Shown here: positions 21,335 through 29,890 of the stretch, in pieces
How positions within the stretch are numbered: the first letter of the stretch is position 1
Layout of the letters: each line of letters opens with the position of its first letter
From: a virus
Taxonomy: Duplodnaviria; Caudoviricetes
Virus record (IMG/VR): IMGVR_UViG_3300037249_000541
Location: 32,001 to 96,000 of that record
DNA: 64,000 nucleotides
Reading direction: 5' to 3' (one strand)
Position numbers and translations under genes: made by a program
Notes under the pieces: model-generated
The model's database searches: none
The model's input: the letters and a program-made list of their open reading frames with translations, nothing else
What the model was told of the DNA's origin: nothing

Positions 21335-21667
21335 TTATATAAATAGTTTTTTACAAAATTCTTCTGTTGTTGGGTTACACCCACACTCTGCAATTTCTTC
21401 AATAAGCCATTGCCAATCTTCCAGTTTAACTGCATCAAACGTAGTAGATATATACCATACACAAACTTTATCTCCATACTTATCTGTTTCACAAAACTCC
21501 TTACCTTCCACTATGTGAGTTTTACTTTCATCAAACCATTGTAAATCTTCTGAATATTCAGTAGTAATAGGAATTTTTAGATATACTTTTAAATTAGACA
21601 ATAACTCAAAAAAGTGTTTATTTGATATTTCTTTTTCTTCTGTAGTCATTTCACAAATCTGTTTCAA
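21335..21667 (-). CDS. Hypothetical protein
   Basis: 110 aa ORF in operon. Confidence 0.45.
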   Translation of the reverse strand: MKQICEMTTEEKEISNKHFFELLSNLKVYLKIPITTEYSEDLQWFDESKTHIVEGKEFCETDKYGDKVCVWYISTTFDAVKLEDWQWLIEEIAECGCNPTTEEFCKKLFI

Positions 21668-22259
21668 CTATACATTTTTCTATTTTAAAGCCTGAACCTG
21701 GTGTAAGGTCGTAGTAAAATACTGGATAGTCATTTTTTGAAGTACGTTCTACTTTGTACGTATAACGACCATCTTTTAAAAGTGGATTACTCATAACTCT
21801 AAAAAGACAACTACTACCATATCCAGCAGATATGTATTCACCTTCATAGAAATATGGACTGTCAAATGTTAAATAGAATTCATTATCATCTTTTGTTAGT
21901 TTTGATTTTTCTGTAATTTCATTACCATATTTATCTGTTGCTTTTATTAAACCATATTCTACAAAATCATCAGCCTGTGGTTTTCTTACGAACATACCAA
22001 CATTTACTATCTTTCCAGTGATGGTAGAAATATCAAACAAGATTCTCGGAAATGATGAATTGTTATTTACAAAATTAGCGTAATTTTCCAGTTGATTAAT
22101 CAAACATTTAGTTATAGGATTATTGCACCATTTTGTAAATTCATCTTTTGATTTAGAATTATTGAATTCAATTTTATCATTAGACCTATATACATTGACA
22201 TCTATTTTCGATGTACTACCTTTACTTGCTGTTATCTCAGCTTCTTTAATCTCTTCCAT
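21651..22259 (-). CDS. Protein with C-terminal domain homologous to part of the major capsid protein
   Basis: FYLTFDSPYFYEGEYI..FRVMSNP..YKVE..LTPG aligns with MCP FYLYFEEEYFYDGEYI..FRILGDP..YRVE..LLPG. Confidence 0.6.
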   Translation of the reverse strand: MEEIKEAEITASKGSTSKIDVNVYRSNDKIEFNNSKSKDEFTKWCNNPITKCLINQLENYANFVNNNSSFPRILFDISTITGKIVNVGMFVRKPQADDFVEYGLIKATDKYGNEITEKSKLTKDDNEFYLTFDSPYFYEGEYISAGYGSSCLFRVMSNPLLKDGRYTYKVERTSKNDYPVFYYDLTPGSGFKIEKCIVETDL

Positions 22260-22263
22260 ATTG

Positions 22264-22812
22264 TTATAAGTTTATTCCATCATCAAACAAAGTTTTTTCT
22301 GAGCCACCTCTTGCTTTTGCTGCGCTCTTGATTTCTGAATTAACAGCTTCTTCTGCATCTTTAAGGTCTTTTACCAATGTAGGTATAACCTTGATTGTCT
22401 GCGCAAGAGTATTAAGAGGATATACTGGTCTGCCTTTGTCATCAACTTCATTGAAGTTAATCTCTTCAAGAGCTTTCCTTAGTTTGTCAATAGCATTTTT
22501 TGTACTATCAAGAAGCATAGCAGATTCAGTTTTAAATGAACTATAAAAGTCTATTGCTGCTTTTGTAATATCATCAGGTTCCCATTTTTCATCAATGCCA
22601 AGACTCATCTTAATTTTACTTGACCTTTCTTCTACATCTCTAAATATCTGGAAATCACTTCTTGAATCGGCAAAGAAATATATATATGCAAATACACTTT
22701 TCAAAAACTCCTTATCCTTTTTAAAATTATTAGCAAGGTTTTCAAAGGGTTTTAGAAGAAGTGCTTCTGGGTCTATTTTTACCTCATAATTTTCGTATCT
22801 AAACAGTTTCAT
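22264..22812 (-). CDS. Conserved crAss-like hypothetical protein
   Basis: 182 aa helical protein with YIYFFAD.RSDF motif. Confidence 0.5.
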   Translation of the reverse strand: MKLFRYENYEVKIDPEALLLKPFENLANNFKKDKEFLKSVFAYIYFFADSRSDFQIFRDVEERSSKIKMSLGIDEKWEPDDITKAAIDFYSSFKTESAMLLDSTKNAIDKLRKALEEINFNEVDDKGRPVYPLNTLAQTIKVIPTLVKDLKDAEEAVNSEIKSAAKARGGSEKTLFDDGINL

Positions 22813-22900
22813 ATTAAAGTCGATAATTTATATTACCTAAAAATAAAAACCCCTCTAATTGCCCGAAAAAGAGGGGGAAAATGTAAACAAAATGAAAAAA

Positions 22901-23260
22901 CTAAACTTCATATTCGTTGACTATGTAATCAATTGCATTATCTCGCAAAAATAGATACTGTTCGTTGTTTAATCTTATTGTTGGAACATCATATTCTACG
23001 ATAGGATTCATTGACTGCATACTTTCTTTTATGGAACCTTCCTCGTATTTTGTCTTGCCATATTGAGTGAGGTTTATTTTTACAATATCACCAACTTTAA
23101 TATCCTTTACAAAAGAACCTACTGCTATAACTCTTTGCAATGGATGTAGACCGCTATGGTCTTCACCGAGTGTTATAATTTTACCAGATGTTCCTCTGTC
23201 TGCTGTTGTTATTACGTAGTTGAATCTTGGTGTGATTGTTTTGATATTTTTAATTTCCAT
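22901..23260 (-). CDS. GroES-like co-chaperonin
   Basis: P..NYVI, VIAVGS....IKVGDIV, YLFLRD..I pattern of the Cpn10 fold. Confidence 0.75.
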   Translation of the reverse strand: MEIKNIKTITPRFNYVITTADRGTSGKIITLGEDHSGLHPLQRVIAVGSFVKDIKVGDIVKINLTQYGKTKYEEGSIKESMQSMNPIVEYDVPTIRLNNEQYLFLRDNAIDYIVNEYEV

Positions 23261-23490
23261 TTTAAATAAGCTTTATGGTTTATGTAATACTTCCCTAAAT
23301 ATCTAAGATAAAAACAATAGTTGCCTCTGTCATAATACATTTCATCTTCTGTCATCGTATCTTTCTCTTTCAGTTTCTTGTATGTTTCGTATGCTTTCTG
23401 TTTTATAAGATTAAGATACGCTTCATATATTCTTTTGACATTAGATTTATTTAAGTTATACTTTGTTGCTATTGTTTGGTACGCTTTCAT
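23212..23490 (-). CDS. HU/IHF-like DNA-binding protein
   Basis: IA.KYNL.K..V..IY.AY...I plus L.YLGK pattern. Confidence 0.45.
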   Translation of the reverse strand: MKAYQTIATKYNLNKSNVKRIYEAYLNLIKQKAYETYKKLKEKDTMTEDEMYYDRGNYCFYLRYLGKYYINHKAYLKWKLKISKQSHQDSTT

Positions 23491-23884
23491 TTTTCAATAC
23501 GTACAATAATAAAATGTTGCCGTCTTTATTGAAGTTTGGTATGCACACTGGATTTATTTTATTATCTTTATAGAAGTTTTTACTTCTTAGCCCCTTTAAG
23601 ATAATTTGAAAATAAGTTGGCGTCATACCAAGTTCTTGTCTAATCTTCCTCTTACTTTCAGCCGAGAATGTAACTGAGTTTAATACATCGTCATTAATTA
23701 TATTAGCTTTGTTCTGATGATAGTATTTCAAAAATAATGCAGCTACTTCTATTTCCTTGTCTGTAAGTTTGTGAAGATTATAAGTTAAGGTAAGCCACTT
23801 TACAAATATGTTATCATTGTTACATCTTATTTTAGCCATATTTGTTGGCATAAAAGCTGGCTTACCTTCACTTTGATTACTCAT
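23456..23884 (-). CDS. Putative winged-helix DNA-binding protein
   Basis: LT.KEIEV, KRKIRQELGM...FQ.IL..LR.K, INP motifs. Confidence 0.45.
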   Translation of the reverse strand: MSNQSEGKPAFMPTNMAKIRCNNDNIFVKWLTLTYNLHKLTDKEIEVAALFLKYYHQNKANIINDDVLNSVTFSAESKRKIRQELGMTPTYFQIILKGLRSKNFYKDNKINPVCIPNFNKDGNILLLYVLKNESVPNNSNKV

Positions 23885-24191
23885 TGGGTTCCTTGGTGTC
23901 CTCAGAGGACTTCTGTTGGGGCGTTGTCATTTCACGTACTTTCTTCTGAATTTCATCCTTGACAAACTCCCTGAAATCGCTATCGAACTCCTCAATATTC
24001 CTACAATTCATAATGTTTAACATAAGATTAAGGACATCGAAAACGTATCCATAATTTGCCATCTGGAGCTTTGCTCTTAGCTCGTCGTTTTGCATACTTA
24101 GTTGCTGTGCAAGTCTTCTTAGGTCATTGACGTTAAGCTCTTGCTTTGGTGCCTCAGTCTGAGGATTCATTTTAATTGTATCTCCTTCCAT
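23877..24191 (-). CDS. Hypothetical coiled-coil protein
   Basis: 104 aa ORF. Confidence 0.5.
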   Translation of the reverse strand: MEGDTIKMNPQTEAPKQELNVNDLRRLAQQLSMQNDELRAKLQMANYGYVFDVLNLMLNIMNCRNIEEFDSDFREFVKDEIQKKVREMTTPQQKSSEDTKEPNE

Positions 24192-24192
24192 T

Positions 24193-24429
24193 TTAACTAT
24201 AATATTTATTTGGTTTATATTTATTTATATCGAATATTCCTCTTGGATGTAACACTCTTCCTCTTGGATATTTTTCTTTGTAAAGCCTTTCCCAGTCTTC
24301 TATATCGGCTTCTATGATTGAAGTGCATCCACATTTTGAACACACGTCGCATTTTGAGTCATCATCTATAATTATGGATAATGACAAACAGTTTTCACAA
24401 TATGCTATTTTATCATCCAAGTTATCCAT
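24193..24429 (-). CDS. Zinc-ribbon protein
   Basis: YCENCLSL and CSKCGC motifs. Confidence 0.6.
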   Translation of the reverse strand: MDNLDDKIAYCENCLSLSIIIDDDSKCDVCSKCGCTSIIEADIEDWERLYKEKYPRGRVLHPRGIFDINKYKPNKYYS

Positions 24430-24431
24430 AT

Positions 24432-24656
24432 TTATTTTGAGTTACATCTTGTTGTATATATTTCATATGCAGCATCTATGAACTCATTAATTTTTTCATT
24501 GTCATAAAAACAATCAATATTTCTATTGAATTGAACTTCTCTTGCCACTCCATAGACACTATCAATTACATTGAATACAGCTTGACCTTTTCGCCAGCTC
24601 ATAGGAACTTTCTTAACCTGTTCCATAATATTACATTTAAACTCTTCCTTAGTCAT
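24432..24656 (-). CDS. Hypothetical protein
   Basis: 74 aa; WRKGQAVFN..DCFY motif common in phage small proteins. Confidence 0.5.
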   Translation of the reverse strand: MTKEEFKCNIMEQVKKVPMSWRKGQAVFNVIDSVYGVAREVQFNRNIDCFYDNEKINEFIDAAYEIYTTRCNSK

Positions 24657-25125
24657 TTTCCTTGTTTAATTTCGTTAATATATAATCTACTATCTTTTTC
24701 ATTTCACCTTTCCTTTGAATAAGGAATACTTCATAATGATTTCTTTTGTCTTTTGATAGACGATAAAGAAACATCTTCCATTTATGTTCAAAGTCTGGTG
24801 TTATCTGACCCTTGCATTCTATTATATATGTGGTGTCATTTTCAGTATCACACATAACAAAGTCTGGTGTATAGCTCCAAGCTCTTATCTTCTTATTCGT
24901 TGCTCCAAAACCCTTCTTATGACCTTTTGAATCAAATTCAGGTTGAGTAAGAGTTATATTGTCAAGCTCAAACTCTGGTACAAGATTGTATTTGAAAGGC
25001 TCGTATTCAAAATGCAATCCCACTGATTCAAGGTATTGATATACCTCAGCTTCATATTCAGACCTGAATTTGATACCATTAAACTCAACTCTTTTTGCAT
25101 TGTTATTTAGAATTGCTTTCTTCAT
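24649..25125 (-). CDS. PD-(D/E)XK nuclease (T7 endonuclease I/DUF1064-like)
   Basis: FRS..E, FEYEP, YTPDF, IECKG motifs. Confidence 0.8.
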   Translation of the reverse strand: MKKAILNNNAKRVEFNGIKFRSEYEAEVYQYLESVGLHFEYEPFKYNLVPEFELDNITLTQPEFDSKGHKKGFGATNKKIRAWSYTPDFVMCDTENDTTYIIECKGQITPDFEHKWKMFLYRLSKDKRNHYEVFLIQRKGEMKKIVDYILTKLNKEND

Positions 25126-25429
25126 AATGTTTGTTTTCTATTATTATGTCTTCTTCATCGTCAACAGAAATATCTTTCTGTGTTATCGGATAACAGTGTT
25201 CTCCATTCTTTATATATACTGTAAATGCAGATACTATTGCTTTGAGCTGTAAAGCTACATGGTATTTAGATTGTAGAAACAACATTATGTTTTTACAAGT
25301 TTTTTCATCAGTATATTTAGTTGCTATTGTTTTTGCTTGTGTTGAAACTATAACGCCGTAGCTATATCCTGCGAACCCACTTATAATCACAACAACAATG
25401 GAAGCTACTATTTTTACTATTATGTCCAT
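25103..25429 (-). CDS. Membrane protein
   Basis: N-terminal transmembrane helix. Confidence 0.45.
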   Translation of the reverse strand: MDIIVKIVASIVVVIISGFAGYSYGVIVSTQAKTIATKYTDEKTCKNIMLFLQSKYHVALQLKAIVSAFTVYIKNGEHCYPITQKDISVDDEEDIIIENKHYEESNSK

Positions 25430-25450
25430 TTTTATTATGTTTTTAGTTTG

Positions 25451-25524
25451 TACTGAGATTAGGACTTGAACCTAAATAAACAAGAGCCACAATCTTGTGC
25501 TTTGCCAATTAAGCTATCTCAGCC
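25451..25524 (-). tRNA. tRNA-His(GTG)
   Basis: Cloverleaf; anticodon arm CAAGA-TTGTGGC-TCTTG. Confidence 0.85.
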
Positions 25525-25528
25525 TTTG

Positions 25529-25601
25529 TCTGGGTGGCAAGGCTCGAACTTGCGACCACTTGCTCCCAAAGCAAGCATACTACCTACTGTACTACACCCA
25601 G
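25529..25601 (-). tRNA. tRNA-Pro(TGG)
   Basis: Cloverleaf; CTTGC-TTTGGGA-GCAAG. Confidence 0.88.
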
Positions 25602-25607
25602 ATTATA

Positions 25608-25820
25608 TTATTGCTCACCGTTTTCTGCATTGCTTATAAATTGTTCTAAAGCTTTATCAGCCTTATCTAATTCCATTAATAAAGCATGAACTTTAATTAG
25701 GTGTTTAATAGATTTTATTTCCTCCTCAAGTGATTCTATTTTACACCATACTTCACATATTGCTATTAGCATTGTTATGAGCAATACTACTGTTAATGTT
25801 ATTCCAATTTCTAACCACAT
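25608..25820 (-). CDS. Small membrane protein
   Basis: N-terminal TM helix plus coiled coil. Confidence 0.45.
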   Translation of the reverse strand: MWLEIGITLTVVLLITMLIAICEVWCKIESLEEEIKSIKHLIKVHALLMELDKADKALEQFISNAENGEQ

Positions 25821-25821
25821 T

Positions 25822-26097
25822 TTATTTTAGTTTTATAGCGTCTTTACAAAAAGTACTTGCCTTTTCAATATCAGTATTTTCTATTTTACTTATATCTACT
25901 TGTACAACATTGCCGATAGGAGCATACCATTTCTTATACCATGCTCTAAAGAATTTTAATTCTTCAAGCCAAAATCTTAGCTGTTGATGTTCTTTCGCAC
26001 ATTGAGTGCAACCTTCACTCTTTTCTATACAATGTTGTATAGCCTCATCTAAGGTCATTAGAGTATTAGGTGCTGTATTACATAATGTTTCTTCCAT
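25822..26097 (-). CDS. Hypothetical protein
   Basis: TLDEAIQHC..C..EHQQL..WL.EL motif; start moved to MEETL because the longer ORF overlaps tRNA-Ser. Confidence 0.55.
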   Translation of the reverse strand: MEETLCNTAPNTLMTLDEAIQHCIEKSEGCTQCAKEHQQLRFWLEELKFFRAWYKKWYAPIGNVVQVDISKIENTDIEKASTFCKDAIKLK

Positions 26098-26115
26098 AGT
26101 ATTTTTTATTGTTAG

Positions 26116-26202
26116 CGGAGAGTGTAGGACTCGAACCCACAGACCACTCATCGCAGTCAACGGTTTTCAAAACCGTCGCATTTACCATTCTGCCAACTCT
26201 CC
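26116..26202 (-). tRNA. tRNA-Ser(TGA)
   Basis: ACGGT-TTTGAAA-ACCGT, long variable arm, G discriminator. Confidence 0.88.
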
Positions 26203-26205
26203 AAG

Positions 26206-26278
26206 TGGAGAAGGTAGGTACTGCCCCTACTCCTATGGATTTTCAGTCCACCGCAATGACTTCATCTGCCACTTCTCC
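26206..26278 (-). tRNA. tRNA-Phe(GAA) with atypical T-loop
   Basis: GTGGA-CTGAAAA-TCCAT; T-loop GGCAGTA instead of TTCRANY. Confidence 0.7.
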
Positions 26279-26624
26279 CATCAATAATTCCACTTTGAAG
26301 CAAATCAAAATATGTACCTCTTTCTAATCTTATACCATGAAACTCTCCATAATCTTCTGTATCTGGTCTTTTAATCTTTGTCTTTAGTATCAGATACTTC
26401 CCATAAGTTTCTTCATCTTTTAACTCAGCATCAAATTCTATTGTAGGATATTTGTTCCTAATGTGCATTGGTTGAGTTTTCAAATAATCATTATATGAAT
26501 CAAACATTGCGGCAACATCTCTTAATATAGCTATTGTAGAGTCAGCTCCTCTCTCATAAACAAAGCAAGGAACTTTTCTTTGCATTGTTATATCGTCTCC
26601 ACTATATCTACTTTCTTTGTCCAT
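26262..26624 (-). CDS. Hypothetical protein
   Basis: 120 aa ORF between tRNAs. Confidence 0.45.
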   Translation of the reverse strand: MDKESRYSGDDITMQRKVPCFVYERGADSTIAILRDVAAMFDSYNDYLKTQPMHIRNKYPTIEFDAELKDEETYGKYLILKTKIKRPDTEDYGEFHGIRLERGTYFDLLQSGIIDGRSGR

Positions 26625-26646
26625 ATTTCATTTTGTTTTTGATTAG

Positions 26647-26718
26647 AGCCTTCTGTTGGAATCGAACCAACGTTTGATGATTACAAGTCAACGGTAATGA
26701 CCATTATACTAAGAAGGC
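26647..26718 (-). tRNA. tRNA-Thr(TGT)
   Basis: Cloverleaf; anticodon loop CTTGTAA. Confidence 0.82.
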
Positions 26719-27227
26719 AACATATCTAAGTAATCTTCATATTCTTCATATAATTCTTCTTCAAGTTTCTTTCTTATCTCATCTTCCGACATATACTTAG
26801 ATTCTTCTGGCTTATATTGTATGCTTCTTATTTTCTGCCATTCAATATCTATTTTTTCTTTTTCTTTTCTTATATTTTCCTTTTCTTTCTCTATATAGTC
26901 TTTATATACTTCTAAGTCAGAAGTTAGATTTATTATTTTATGTTTATGCTCTTCAAGCAATTCTTTGTATGTTGTCAAGTTGTTGTTAATTTTAATCCAA
27001 TTGTCAACAGAAACATCTGTATGCTTGCCGTTAAACAAGATTATTAACTTGTTATTTATGAATTTAAATTCCAAATGTATCTTTGGAAATGGAATGTCAT
27101 TTTCTTTTTGAGCATCAACGAATCTGTTATAATTTTGGATGATTGTCATTATATTCATCATAACCAACATTATAACAGGTTTGTCTTGCTCTCTGATGTC
27201 GCTTCTATTTATTAGATTGAACTCCAT
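26709..27227 (-). CDS. Hypothetical coiled-coil protein
   Basis: 172 aa ORF. Confidence 0.45.
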   Translation of the reverse strand: MEFNLINRSDIREQDKPVIMLVMMNIMTIIQNYNRFVDAQKENDIPFPKIHLEFKFINNKLIILFNGKHTDVSVDNWIKINNNLTTYKELLEEHKHKIINLTSDLEVYKDYIEKEKENIRKEKEKIDIEWQKIRSIQYKPEESKYMSEDEIRKKLEEELYEEYEDYLDMLPS

Positions 27228-27246
27228 ATTGTTTGTTTTTTTTTAG

Positions 27247-27331
27247 TGGGAGAAGTAGGACTCGAACCTACTGTGTTTCTTTGTAACGGTTTTACAGACC
27301 GCCGCCACTCCACCATCGTAGCCGCTCTCCC
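27247..27331 (-). tRNA. tRNA-Tyr(GTA)
   Basis: GCGGT-CTGTAAA-ACCGT, long variable region. Confidence 0.82.
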
Positions 27332-27336
27332 AATCC

Positions 27337-27657
27337 TTATAGCTTTATCCCTTCCTCTTTAATTCTTTTGTAAAGTATTGATTTGTAGTCTCTCATTATT
27401 TGACGTTGCTTATAAAGATTTCCAAACTTTGATTTACCTACATATTCAAGTTCTTTTTTATTTACTGCTTCTATAAAAGCTTCAAGCGAAGATAATTTTG
27501 ATGACAGTTCGTTATATTCTCTTACAAGTCTGTCTTGCCAAGTAGTAGCAGGTGAAGATGGAATTGGTTTTACTTTTTTAATTAAATCGTCCAATATAGT
27601 TTCTAAGTTTGAAACTCTTTTATGTAACGCTTCAATACACATTAATTCTGTAAGCAT
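27337..27657 (-). CDS. crAss001_48-like helical protein
   Basis: RL..EY.EL..KL..L.AFI ... L.KQ...M..Y..IL..RI pattern. Confidence 0.55.
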   Translation of the reverse strand: MLTELMCIEALHKRVSNLETILDDLIKKVKPIPSSPATTWQDRLVREYNELSSKLSSLEAFIEAVNKKELEYVGKSKFGNLYKQRQIMRDYKSILYKRIKEEGIKL

Positions 27658-27687
27658 AATATTAAGTTTTATAAGTTTTAATAGTCG

Positions 27688-27759
27688 TAGCCTCTATTGG
27701 AATCGAACCAATATCAAAAGATTAGAAGTCTTCTATTCTATCCGTTGAACTAAGGGGCC
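27688..27759 (-). tRNA. tRNA-Arg(TCT)
   Basis: GAAGA-CTTCTAA-TCTTT. Confidence 0.85.
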
Positions 27760-27764
27760 ATTAG

Positions 27765-27838
27765 TAGGAGCAGTAGGGCTTGAACCTACGACCGCCAAGG
27801 TATAAGCTTGGAACTCTAACCAACTGAGTTATGCTCCT
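27765..27838 (-). tRNA. tRNA-Ile(TAT)
   Basis: Perfect cloverleaf; CCAAG-CTTATAC-CTTGG. Confidence 0.82.
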
Positions 27839-27922
27839 ATTGGGATGCCTTTTTTAACCAGAGGCATCAGAACTGACGATACATTTAAAATTTGCAATTA
27901 TGTATAAATAATCAAAAAAAAG

Positions 27923-27993
27923 TAGCGGATAGCGGACTCGAACCGCTGTGCCTTGGTTATGAGCCAAGTGAGTAACCTCTACTCTAATCCGCA
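27923..27993 (-). tRNA. tRNA-Met(CAT), initiator-like
   Basis: CTTGG-CTCATAA-CCAAG; 1:72 mismatch. Confidence 0.82.
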
Positions 27994-27996
27994 GTG

Positions 27997-28085
27997 AGAG
28001 AAATAGAGGAATCGAACCTCTCGAAACTCTAAGAACACCAGCAAGCTGGTCTGTCCCTCATTGAGTAACGCCATCTTTATTTCTC
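27997..28085 (-). ncRNA. Atypical tRNA-like RNA
   Basis: Acceptor stem GAGAAAT/ATTTCTC and T-arm AGAGG-TTCGATT-CCTCT, but no canonical D or anticodon arm. Confidence 0.55.
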
Positions 28086-28090
28086 ATTTG

Positions 28091-28161
28091 CGGAGAAGCA
28101 AGGAATCGAACCTCGATTAACTGGTTAACAGCCAGCCGCTCTGCCGTTGAGCTACATCTCC
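28091..28161 (-). tRNA. tRNA-Asn(GTT)
   Basis: GCTGG-CTGTTAA-CCAGT. Confidence 0.85.
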
Positions 28162-28329
28162 ATAAAAGCTCCTGCTATAAATGAACAAAAAAAATTAAAT
28201 ATTACATTTAAGGTTCTACATTAATATATATAAAAGTAACAAACACACCACCCAAACTAACTTATTAAGCAGGAGCCATAATATAAAAACTTACAAAAAA
28301 CAAAAAAAACAAAAAAAAACTTCAAAAAG

Positions 28330-28411
28330 TACCCTAAGTAGGACTCGAACCTACACACCTCTCGGCACTTGCTCCTAAGGCAAGCGTGGCTGCCAGTTAC
28401 ACCATTAGGGC
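28330..28411 (-). tRNA. tRNA-Leu(TAG)
   Basis: CTTGC-CTTAGGA-GCAAG, long variable arm. Confidence 0.88.
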
Positions 28412-28414
28412 ATT

Positions 28415-28482
28415 TGTTAGATGCTTATAACGTGCTACCGTTACACTAAGGAGTCGAACCTATCTTTTACATTCATCTAACA
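28415..28482 (-). ncRNA. Circularly permuted tRNA-elbow mimic (T-arm before D-arm)
   Basis: Terminal stem TGTTAGATG/CATCTAACA enclosing AGG-TTCGACT-CCT then GTG-TAACGGTAG-CAC. Confidence 0.6.
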
Positions 28483-28485
28483 TTG

Positions 28486-28571
28486 TACTACTGACAAGAA
28501 TCGAACTTGCAAGAACATTTCTGTTCGGTGGATTTTAAGTCCACTGCGTTTACCAGTTTCGCCACAGTAGC
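28486..28571 (-). tRNA. tRNA-Leu(TAA)
   Basis: GTGGA-CTTAAAA-TCCAC, long variable arm. Confidence 0.88.
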
Positions 28572-28607
28572 ATCTGCATTTACAATATGTCAAAGAACTA
28601 TTGTTTG

Positions 28608-28679
28608 TTGCCCAACAAGGATTTGAACCCTGACCACAAGAACCAAAATCTTGGGTGCTAACCGTTACACCATTAGGCA
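28608..28679 (-). tRNA. tRNA-Gln(TTG)
   Basis: CAAGA-TTTTGGT-TCTTG. Confidence 0.85.
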
Positions 28680-28737
28680 GTCTTAGATTCTTTTTCGAGT
28701 GTAGAATCTAAAAGAACACTGAACACATAGAAATAGT

Positions 28738-28920
28738 CTATTTCTTATTAGCTGCAATTGAAATTGCCCTAAATTTCCTTAGCATCTTGCCAAGCTCAAC
28801 ACTCTTGACTCTTGCTCGTCTGCCAGCAGCTTTGTTGCCATTAATGTTAGCAACATTGTTCTCCTTGATTGTGTCCATAATGTCGGCAAGCTGCTCGACG
28901 ATTTGTTTCAACTCTTCCAT
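28738..28920 (-). CDS. Histone H1-like (Hc1-type) small basic protein
   Basis: GNKAAGRRARVKSVEL.K.L..FR..S motif. Confidence 0.75.
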   Translation of the reverse strand: MEELKQIVEQLADIMDTIKENNVANINGNKAAGRRARVKSVELGKMLRKFRAISIAANKK

Positions 28921-28953
28921 TTTTATTTATTATTATAATTAAACATTAATTTA

Positions 28954-29531
28954 TTATCTTATTCTTTCTTCACCTTTATAACGAAAATCTCTTAATGCAT
29001 CAGCAAGCTCATTTCCGTTAGGACAAAAATGCCTTAACATTGCCATTACCAATGAGGCTGAACAACCACTATGACTTTGGTCGTCAAAAGCCCAGTAAGC
29101 AATTCGTAGCTTCTTCTCTTTACGGACAAAACGTTTGCGCATTATCTTGCAAAGTTCAAGAACATTATCAAGCTCCAATCCGTGATAAGGTCACCAAGCC
29201 TTATTGGAACTATCTTGTCCCATTCATCGTAAGTTTCTTTTAGAATCAAACCACGTGCAGCCTTGCGATACCTATCTGTCAGTTCAGGAATTTTAGCCTT
29301 AAATTCCTCTTCACGTTTTCTATATTCTTCTCTCCACTTTCTTTCATCTTCATCAAACTGAGCTTTTGTTTTACCTGTAATTCTTAGGTAAGCATCATCG
29401 AGTGTGTCTGTTGATTTGATATAACTATCATTAAAGTCGATTATCAAATCTTCGCCACATTTATCTGCTGTTTCAACAAGTTCTTTCCAGCAACTTTCGA
29501 TGTTTCCTCCGAATATTTCAATCTTTCTCAT
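28954..29531 (-). pseudogene. Frameshifted hypothetical gene (ORFs 29142-29531 and 28954-29178)
   Basis: One extra T at GAC-CTT-(T)AT near 29187 joins the two ORFs as ...PIRLGDL-YHGLELDNVL... Confidence 0.55.
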
Positions 29532-29573
29532 TCGTGCTTTATTTTAGTTTCATTTTGTTTTGTTTTGACGTTG

Positions 29574-29581
29574 CAAATATA
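29574..29581 (-). promoter_or_regulatory. Bacteroidota-type promoter upstream of the tRNA/accessory operon
   Basis: TATATTTG with an upstream TTG element, just after a terminator hairpin at ~29645-29697. Confidence 0.5.
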
Positions 29582-29695
29582 AGAACTTTTATTATATATA
29601 TGCAATAGTAATTTAGTTAAATAAAGTTAAAAAAATAAGCAAGTAAAAAAAATAGCAAGTAACACAATATTTCTATTGCATTACTTGCTATTTTT

Positions 29696-29890
29696 TTAAT
29701 TCAGCTTTACTATTGTTAATGATGTATTCCTTGAGTCATTAAGACCTTCTACTTCGACAATTGCAATCGCTTTGTTAAGGAATGATTTGATTTTACCAAC
29801 TTGCAATGTTGGCGTTGTTGTTCCTCTTTTCTTGTGAAGAATTACAACCTTATCGTTGAGATGCAACTCCTTCCCTGCCTTGTCTTTCAT
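29696..29890 (-). CDS. Small SH3-like hypothetical protein
   Basis: MKD..GKEL..ND.VV N-terminus. Confidence 0.45.
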   Translation of the reverse strand: MKDKAGKELHLNDKVVILHKKRGTTTPTLQVGKIKSFLNKAIAIVEVEGLNDSRNTSLTIVKLN

